Positions 37,661-43,763 of a stretch of DNA of 43,763 nt are shown in pieces. Numbering within the stretch: position 1 is the first letter of the stretch; every line of letters begins with the position of its first letter. Position numbers and translations under genes: made by a program. The notes under the pieces are model-generated. The model saw nothing but the letters and a program-made list of their open reading frames with translations. It was not told where the DNA came from and ran no database searches. Origin of the DNA: an uncultured Phycisphaeraceae bacterium (GTDB taxonomy: Bacteria; Planctomycetota; Phycisphaerae; Phycisphaerales; UBA1924); the NCBI GenBank assembly GCA_964533405.1, contig CAZHKB010000001.1:1-43763 (forward strand), read 5' to 3'.

Positions 37661-39763
37661 GTGGCGCGATCGCGACAGGCCATGGTGATCGGGCTTGCCC
37701 TCGCAATGGGGGTGGGGTCGGCCCGCGCTCAGGTCTGGCCGCCCGACCTCCGCGCCCGTGCCGCAGGCGACCAGACGACCGATCCCGCTGCGAGCGTCCA
37801 GCCGTCGCCCCAGCCCGGAGGCGACGTCCAGACCCCGGGCGCCGCCACACTGCCCATCCCCAGTCCGGCCGCCCCCGCCCAGCCCGCCGCGACCCAGGAC
37901 TCGCCGGTGAGCCGCGCGCTCTCCACGCTGCTGGATGCAGGCGCGAGCGAGACGGATCGCCTCGAAGCCGGTCGCGCGGTGGCCGGTCTTGCCTGGACCG
38001 AAGAGGGCCGCCTGGCGATCGTCGCGTTGCTCAATCTCACCGCCGAGGACCAATCCCCCAAAACCCTCCTGATCCGTGGCCTGGCCCGCGAGCCCTGGCT
38101 CCCCGAAACCCTCCTGCCTGCCCTCACTGACGTCCTCAGGACCGCCGAGGGCGATCGGATCGGGCGGGTGCTGGCGGCCATCGGCTCCATGCGCACCCCC
38201 GCCGCGCTCCGCCTGGTTGCGGAGCACCTCGACCCGACTCGCCCCGAAGGCACCCGTACGGCGGCCCTGTCGGCGCTGGTCCGCGCGACCGGACGCGAGG
38301 ACTTGGGCACATCCCTGGCCGCCTGGCTGGAGTGGATTGACCGCACTTCCGGCGACCCGAGGATCGACGCGGGCTCGCCCGGCTCCTCGGGCCTGATGAC
38401 CGCGATTGTCCGCGGACTGGCCGAGCGTGCCGAGCGGCAATCGACCCGCTCCCGCGACCTGGCGACGCGCCTGACCGACGCGCAGCGCCGGCTGTATGTG
38501 GCGACGCTTGCCGCCCAGCGTCCCGCGCTGCTGGCCGCCATGCTCAGGGATGACGTGGGCGAGGTTCGGGCCCTGGGCTTCGAACTGGTCGAACGCGAGC
38601 TGGTGTCGGCCGCCACGCCCGGCGATGAGGTCATCACCGCGATCGTCGACCTGCTCCGCCACCCGACCGCGCCGGTGCGGGCCGAAGCTGCCGGTCTGCT
38701 GGGCCGGATCGCCCCCGAGGGCGCGGGCACCGCGGTCGCCGCCGCCTTGACGGTTGAACAGGATCCCGCCGCGGCCGCTGCTCTGCTCACCGCCGCGTCT
38801 CGCTGGCCCAGCACCGACCTGCGAGCGCCTGTGCTGCGCTGGCTCGAGAACGGCCCGGGCACCCGCCCAGTCGCCGCCGAGGCCGCCCTGGCCATGCAGC
38901 GGGCCTCAATCTGGACCGACGACGACCTGGTCCGCATCCTCGGGGCCATGCGGCGCGTGGCCACGACGGACCTGACACCGGCGGGCTGCCGCCTCAGCGC
39001 CTCCATCGGCACCGACGACGACCGCCAGAGCCTGGCCGAACTCCTGCTCATGGGCACCTCTGCCCAGCGGGCCGCCGTCGCCGACGCCCTGACGGGTCGG
39101 CGTGAGCATGTGGACGCGGTTCTGGCCGCCGCTGACCGCGACCCGGCCCTGATCCCCACCGCCGCCCGCACGGTGGCGGCGTGCCGAGCCAACCTCGACG
39201 GGTTCCGCGCCATCGCCCGCCTGCCCGCGCCCGACGAGGCCTCACGCCGGGCCGCCCTGCAAACCGTCGGTGAGGCCCTTGGCACCGGTGCCCTGCTTTC
39301 CGCGGCCGACCACATCGGCGGAGACACGCCAACCGTCATCTGGCTTCTCGAGCGGGCCTTGGCCCGCTCGCAGGAGGCGGTCGCCGCCAGCGAGCCTGGG
39401 GCGATCGACCTGCTCCGCGAGTCTGCCGAGCGCCTGGCCCGCCAGCGGCTCGAACTCGGGCGCCCCGCCGAGGCCATTGCCGCCCTCGACGCCGCCGGCG
39501 AGGCCACGCCCACCTCCCGCCTGACCGCTCTCCGCGTTGTCGCCCTCATCGTGCTGGGACGAGTCGAGGATGCCCGAAGGCTCGGGGCTGGCCCGGAGGC
39601 GTGGCTCGAAGGCCTGGAGCGCGTGGTGGGGCTCGAGCAGGCGGCCGAGGTCGTCCGCGCCATTCGCGCCGACATGAACGACCGGCTCGACGAGGCCCAG
39701 ACCGCCCGGTTCGAGAGCCTGGCCTCCCGGGTGCAGGCGTCGGCCCGGGCCGAGCCGGGATGA
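37661..39763 (+). CDS. secreted Ala/Leu/Arg-rich alpha-helical repeat (HEAT/ARM-like) protein, hypothetical
   Basis: GTG 37661 (or ATG 37682) gives a signal peptide ending GSARAQV. The sequence is helical-repeat-like. The opposing 734-aa ORF is Ser/Arg-rich junk. Confidence 0.6.
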   Translation: MARSRQAMVIGLALAMGVGSARAQVWPPDLRARAAGDQTTDPAASVQPSPQPGGDVQTPGAATLPIPSPAAPAQPAATQDSPVSRALSTLLDAGASETDRLEAGRAVAGLAWTEEGRLAIVALLNLTAEDQSPKTLLIRGLAREPWLPETLLPALTDVLRTAEGDRIGRVLAAIGSMRTPAALRLVAEHLDPTRPEGTRTAALSALVRATGREDLGTSLAAWLEWIDRTSGDPRIDAGSPGSSGLMTAIVRGLAERAERQSTRSRDLATRLTDAQRRLYVATLAAQRPALLAAMLRDDVGEVRALGFELVERELVSAATPGDEVITAIVDLLRHPTAPVRAEAAGLLGRIAPEGAGTAVAAALTVEQDPAAAAALLTAASRWPSTDLRAPVLRWLENGPGTRPVAAEAALAMQRASIWTDDDLVRILGAMRRVATTDLTPAGCRLSASIGTDDDRQSLAELLLMGTSAQRAAVADALTGRREHVDAVLAAADRDPALIPTAARTVAACRANLDGFRAIARLPAPDEASRRAALQTVGEALGTGALLSAADHIGGDTPTVIWLLERALARSQEAVAASEPGAIDLLRESAERLARQRLELGRPAEAIAALDAAGEATPTSRLTALRVVALIVLGRVEDARRLGAGPEAWLEGLERVVGLEQAAEVVRAIRADMNDRLDEAQTARFESLASRVQASARAEPG

Positions 39764-39882
39764 GGTCCGAGGCACCGGGCACTGAAGTCCAACTTTGGGC
39801 ACAATGATCGGACGAGTGCCTCGTGCCGGATGCCTCTCCCCGAACCGCCACTCGCCCCGGGGCGTACCGCGTGATACGCTTT

Positions 39883-39900
39883 CTGAGAACTGATTCTCAG
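39883..39900. promoter_or_regulatory. 7-4-7 inverted repeat, candidate Zur/Fur-family operator upstream of znuA
   Basis: CTGAGAA-ctga-TTCTCAG lies in a locally AT-richer stretch. Confidence 0.25.
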
Positions 39901-39976
39901 TTCTCGCCGATGCTGGAGCGTCGGGAGCGTCACGGAGCCAGGGCATGCACACCGGGGGGGTCATCTCGCGTCCGCC

Positions 39977-40064
39977 GTGCCACCGATCGCCGCTTTGGGC
40001 GATCGGTGCCGCGAGCGTCGTCGGGCCAAAGGCCCCGATCGTGCGAAGCCACGATGGGTGGCAC
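39977..40064 (+). repeat. 88-bp double-hairpin palindromic element, copy C
   Basis: GTGCCACCGATCGCCGCTTTGGGCGATCGGTGC...CACGATGGGTGGCAC. The first hairpin keeps pairing through compensatory changes. It lies just upstream of znuA. Confidence 0.75.
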
Positions 40065-40091
40065 GTTCGGGCATTGGCGCTACTCGCCACG

Positions 40092-41156
40092 ATGCTGGCG
40101 TTGCTCGCCGGCGTGGGCGCGCTCGGCTGCGGGCGTTCCGACCCTTCTCGCCCCGATGGCCCAATGCGAATCGTCGTCTCCATCGCGCCGCTGGCCGGAC
40201 TGGTGCGCGAGATCGCACCCGATGCCGAGGTCACCATCCTCGTGCCCGCGGGTGTGTCTGAGCACGGGTATGAACTCACCCCGAGCGACGTGGACCGACT
40301 TCGCCATGCGGACCTGATCGTGGGCGTGGGCCTTGGTCTGGAACCGCGGCTTGAGGAGATGGTCCGCCGTTTGGGCGATGGGGCGGACGTCCTGTGGTTT
40401 GCCGAGTGCCTGACGCCCGAGGAGTTGGCGACCGGCGGCGCGGCCGAGCCGGGCCACGAGGGCCACGACCACGTCGCGAACGAACACGACCATCACGACG
40501 CCCACGACCACTCCGCCGGCGACCCGCACCTGTGGCTCGACCCGGTGCTTGTCGAGAAGTTTGTCTGGGCTTTGGGAACGCGTGTGGGCGAGGTGGGTGG
40601 CCGCATCGTGCCCCAAGGCCGAGTCGCCGGCCCGGGGGCGGGCGAACTGGTCGAGGCTCGCCGAACCGAAGCGCGGCTCGCGGCCGAAGCACTGGCGGCA
40701 CGCGTCCGCGCCGTCGATTCCCATGCCCGCGACGCCATGGCCCCGCTCCAGGGCCGCGCCATCGTCACCCACCACGCCTCGCACGGCCGCTTCGCCGCGC
40801 GCTATGGCCTGCGCATCGCCGCCACCATCCGGCTCTCCGAAACCAGCGAGCCAACGCCCGGCCAAGTCGACGCGTCCATCCGCGCCATTCGCGAGCGGAA
40901 CGTCCCCGCCGTCTTCGTCGAACCTCAGTTCGACTCCAGCACCGCCGCCCGCATCGCCCAAGAGGCCGGCGTTCGCGTCGTGACCCTCGACCCGATGGGC
41001 GATGGCGACTGGTTCGCCCTCATGGACCACACGATCACGATCATCGCCGATGCGTTGGGCGATGACACGACGCCCACGACCACTCCCGCACTCCCCGCCC
41101 AGTCGCCCGCGCCGTCGGCGACTCCGCCGTCAGCACCATCAGGCGGTGCGCCATGA
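40092..41156 (+). CDS. znuA: zinc/metal ABC transporter substrate-binding lipoprotein (ZnuA/TroA family)
   Basis: A lipobox GALGCG, the His-rich loop HEGHDHVANEHDHHDAHDH, and DPHLWLDP are present. The start is uncertain (ATG 40092 or TTG 40074); ATG 39945 would read through the repeat element. Confidence 0.75.
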   Translation: MLALLAGVGALGCGRSDPSRPDGPMRIVVSIAPLAGLVREIAPDAEVTILVPAGVSEHGYELTPSDVDRLRHADLIVGVGLGLEPRLEEMVRRLGDGADVLWFAECLTPEELATGGAAEPGHEGHDHVANEHDHHDAHDHSAGDPHLWLDPVLVEKFVWALGTRVGEVGGRIVPQGRVAGPGAGELVEARRTEARLAAEALAARVRAVDSHARDAMAPLQGRAIVTHHASHGRFAARYGLRIAATIRLSETSEPTPGQVDASIRAIRERNVPAVFVEPQFDSSTAARIAQEAGVRVVTLDPMGDGDWFALMDHTITIIADALGDDTTPTTTPALPAQSPAPSATPPSAPSGGAP

Positions 41157-42085
41157 CGCGAACCATCGCCCAGACGACCGGAGCGCCGGACCAGAGGAGC
41201 GTCGCCGCGGCGACTGGCGACGTTCCTGGCGCGCCCGCTCTTGAGTTCAATCAGGTCTCGTACTCCTACCCCGGCACCACCCGCCGAGCGCTCGATGGCG
41301 TGAGCCTCCGCGTCGAGCCCGGCTCGCGCCTGGGGATTCTGGGCCCCAACGGCGGCGGCAAAACCACGCTCCTGCGCCTCGCGCTGGGCCTGCTCAAGGG
41401 CCAGTCCGGCCAGGTCAGCGTCCTTGGGCGCACGCCCGACGCCGCGCGGCGTGAGGGCCTGATCGGCTACGTTCCACAGCGGGCCGAGATTGAGACCGGC
41501 TTCCCGCTCAGCGTCCGCCAGGTCGTCGAACTTGGTGCTTCGCACGCCACGCCGCCTTGGAGGCGCCTCTCAAAGTCCCAGCGCCAGAGCGTCGCTTCCG
41601 CGATCGACGTGGTAGGGGCCACCGATTTCGCCGATCGCCCCATTGGCAAACTGTCTGGCGGGCAGACGCAGCGCGTGATGATCGCCCGCGCCCTGGCCGC
41701 CCGCCCTCGCCTGCTGCTGCTCGACGAACCCACCGTCGGCATCGACATCTCGGGCCAGCAGCGCTTCGCCGAACTGCTCGAACGCATCCACACGCAAATG
41801 GGGCTCACGCTGGTCATTGTCAGCCACAGCGTCCGCACCATCGCCACGGGGTGCGACCGCGTGGCCTGCCTGCGGGGGCGCTTGCACAGCCACACCGCTC
41901 CCGCCGGCCTGACACCCCAGCTGCTGGCCGAACTCTTCAGCCACGACGCCGAGGGCCTGTTCGGAGGCGTCGACGTCACCATCGCCACCCCCGGCGGCGC
42001 GGGGCACGCCCACGTCCACGGCGAAGCCTGCGGGCATGAGCATGTGCCGCTGAGCCTGAGCGTCAAGAAGGAGGGTGGCGGATAA
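41153..42085 (+). CDS. znuC: metal ABC transporter ATP-binding protein
   Basis: Walker A GPNGGGKTT, signature LSGGQTQRV and Walker B LLLLDEP are present. The ATGA start overlaps the znuA stop. Confidence 0.85.
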   Translation: MTRTIAQTTGAPDQRSVAAATGDVPGAPALEFNQVSYSYPGTTRRALDGVSLRVEPGSRLGILGPNGGGKTTLLRLALGLLKGQSGQVSVLGRTPDAARREGLIGYVPQRAEIETGFPLSVRQVVELGASHATPPWRRLSKSQRQSVASAIDVVGATDFADRPIGKLSGGQTQRVMIARALAARPRLLLLDEPTVGIDISGQQRFAELLERIHTQMGLTLVIVSHSVRTIATGCDRVACLRGRLHSHTAPAGLTPQLLAELFSHDAEGLFGGVDVTIATPGGAGHAHVHGEACGHEHVPLSLSVKKEGGG

Positions 42086-42304
42086 CCGGGCGGGCGGGGC
42101 TCGACCAGCAGGGGTGCGGGACCTCTGGCCCCGCCAATGTGGGCAGCAAGCAGGCAATCGCCGCACGTTCGACCGCGCACCCTTCAACGGCTGGCCGATG
42201 GTTGATGAGGATCCGTACCCGATTCCGGTCGGGCCGTAGGCCCGCCCCCCTTTGATGCGAGCCAACCCCCCTTCACGCCACCCGGTCTCCAATGATCCCT
42301 CCCC

Positions 42305-43192
42305 ATGCCCGAATCCACATCCAACACGACCGCCGGCTCGCCCGCCCCGGCCCAGTTCCCCGTCTCCGTCGTCATCCTGACCAAGAACGAAGAGATCAAC
42401 ATCGCCAAGTGCCTGGCGGCCCTCACCTTCTCCGACGACATCGTCCTCTACGACAGCCTCAGCACCGACCGCACCGTCGAGATCGCCAAGGCCCACCCCA
42501 ACGTCACCGTCGTCCAGCGCAAGTTCGACAACTGGGGCGCCCACCAGAACTGGGGCGTGCAGAACATCCCGTTCAAGCACCCGTGGGTGCTGTACGTCGA
42601 TGCGGACGAGGTGATCGAGCCCGCGCTGGCCGATGATGTCCGCCGGGCCGCCGACCCGGCCTCCACCTTCTCGGCCTTCAAGATGCGCCGCAAGGACATG
42701 TTCATGGGGCGCTGGCTCAAGCGGGCCCAGATGTACCCCGTCTGGATCGTCCGCCTCTTCCGCCCCGCCAAGATCCGCTACGAGCGACTGGTCAACCCCA
42801 TCGCCATCGTCGACGGGCCCCTCGGAACTCTGAACGGCCACATCATCCACTACCCGTTCAGCAAGGGCGTCGAGCAGTGGTTCGAGCGCCACAACTCCTA
42901 CTCGTCGTTTGAGGCCCAGGAACTCCTGAAGGTCCGCGCCGGCAAGCGCCAGCCCACCGGTAAGCTCTTCAGTCGCGACGCCAACGACCGGCGGGCCGCC
43001 ATGAAGGACCTCTACTACCGCCTGCCGTTGCGCCCCCAGATCAAGTGGTTCTACTACATGCTCATCCGCTGGGCGTGGCTCGATGGCAAGCCCGGCATCG
43101 CCTATGCCCGCATGGTGTACCTCTACGAGTACATGGCGACCATCAAGGTCATGGAGGCACGCGCGAAGGCCAGGGGCCAACCACCCGCGTAA
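42305..43192 (+). CDS. glycosyltransferase family 2 protein
   Basis: The N-terminus VSVVILTKNEEINIAKCL...YDSLSTDRTVEIAK and an LYVDADE (DxD-like) motif are present. Confidence 0.75.
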   Translation: MPESTSNTTAGSPAPAQFPVSVVILTKNEEINIAKCLAALTFSDDIVLYDSLSTDRTVEIAKAHPNVTVVQRKFDNWGAHQNWGVQNIPFKHPWVLYVDADEVIEPALADDVRRAADPASTFSAFKMRRKDMFMGRWLKRAQMYPVWIVRLFRPAKIRYERLVNPIAIVDGPLGTLNGHIIHYPFSKGVEQWFERHNSYSSFEAQELLKVRAGKRQPTGKLFSRDANDRRAAMKDLYYRLPLRPQIKWFYYMLIRWAWLDGKPGIAYARMVYLYEYMATIKVMEARAKARGQPPA

Positions 43193-43197
43193 CCCGC

Positions 43198-43279
43198 GCC
43201 ACCACCCGCGGCTCTGAGCGGGTGGTGGGCCACTGCCCAACGGGCCGTATCGCATCAGGCGTGCAGCGCCACGCCTGAT
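43198..43279 (+). other. two perfect 11-bp stem-loops between the GT2 gene and znuB
   Basis: The first is CCACCACCCGC-ggctctga-GCGGGTGGTGG (43198..43227). The second is CATCAGGCGTG-cagcgc-CACGCCTGATG (43252..43279). Confidence 0.5.
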
Positions 43280-43322
43280 GGCACGTCAGAAAGTCGCCAA
43301 CGCTCGACACACTCCGCTCCCC

Positions 43323-43763
43323 ATGAGAACCCTCGAACTCCTCACCGATGCCTTCCACCGCCCGATGCTGGTGTCGGCCCTGGCCGTCGCCGTCATGTCG
43401 GCCCCGCTGGCCGTGCTCGTCGTGCTCAAACGTCTCTCCTTCATCGGCCAGGGCGTGTCGCACGCGGCATTCGGCGGCGCGGGCATCGCCTACCTCCTCG
43501 GCTTCACCGGGGTCGCCGCCCTCGGCGCCACGGCCTCCGAATCCGCCGCCGCCCGCCTGGCCTTCACCGCCATCGTGCTGGTCTTCTGCATCCTGGCCGC
43601 CATCGGCATCGGACGCATGACCCCCGCCGCGGGCGGCGCGTCACGCGCCTCGGGCTCGGCCGCCCGCGCCGACACCGCTATCGCCGTCGTCCTGGTGGGC
43701 TCCATGGCCCTCGGGTTCCTGCTCATCAGCCTGGTTGCACGCAGGCCGCGCGCCCCCGGCCAG
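43323..43763 (+). CDS. znuB: metal ABC transporter permease (ABC-3/ZnuB family), 3'-truncated by window end
   Basis: This open frame was read by hand and is not in the ORF track because it has no stop: MRTLELLTDAFHRPMLVSALAVAVMSAPLAVLVVLKRLSFIGQGVSHAAFGGAGIAYLLG... Confidence 0.7.
   Translation, partial: MRTLELLTDAFHRPMLVSALAVAVMSAPLAVLVVLKRLSFIGQGVSHAAFGGAGIAYLLGFTGVAALGATASESAAARLAFTAIVLVFCILAAIGIGRMTPAAGGASRASGSAARADTAIAVVLVGSMALGFLLISLVARRPRAPGQ

Noticed and set aside
39945-40091. ATG 39945 as the znuA start, and likewise 21043 as the exbD2 start.
   Set aside because: Both would translate through the palindromic repeat element and place about 50-60 non-signal residues ahead of the lipobox or TM segment.
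1-43763. A search for transposases, integrases, phage genes, CRISPR/cas, toxin-antitoxin pairs, reverse transcriptase and rRNA.
   Set aside because: No ORF with recognisable motifs of these classes was seen. The only mobile-element-like signals are the non-autonomous repeats reported above.

Overview
This is a very GC-rich bacterial window. From gene content (an inference) it looks planctomycete or Phycisphaerae-like: it has a DUF1559/H-X9-DG pseudopilin, PEP-CTERM-type tails, and many long spurious antisense ORFs.

The left 31 kb is an accessory 'secretome island'. Thirteen consecutive minus-strand genes lie between 755 and 18505. Ten of them encode signal-peptide proteins with unrelated N-terminal domains: a deiminase, a cutinase-like esterase, LamG, a metzincin with PA14, a PQQ dehydrogenase, a di-heme peroxidase and several unknowns. 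All ten end in the same ~79-aa tandem-duplicated module, which is bounded by Cys residues, looks dockerin-like, and stops exactly at Gly-Cys. An S8 protease at 27444 carries a divergent eleventh copy whose first repeat is a canonical EF-hand/dockerin loop. No cohesin-like partner or sorting enzyme is visible in the window. This is the main candidate 'system'.

The island also contains:
- three PEP-CTERM-like proteins, one of which is a paralog of a dockerin-tailed neighbour
- an EF-hand/cytochrome-b562-like fusion
- an exbB-exbD-exbD cluster facing a TolC-like gene
- a 141-bp MITE-like insertion exactly at a stop codon
- three copies of an 86-88-bp double-hairpin palindromic element

To the right of a stand-alone tRNA-Ile(GAT) the content is ordinary: DUF502, hpf, ptsN, DUF885, TPR and HEAT proteins, and znuA-znuC-(GT2)-znuB.

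All calls come from reading motifs by eye; no searches were run. Start codons are the least certain part, because the leading M in the ORF track is often GTG or TTG.
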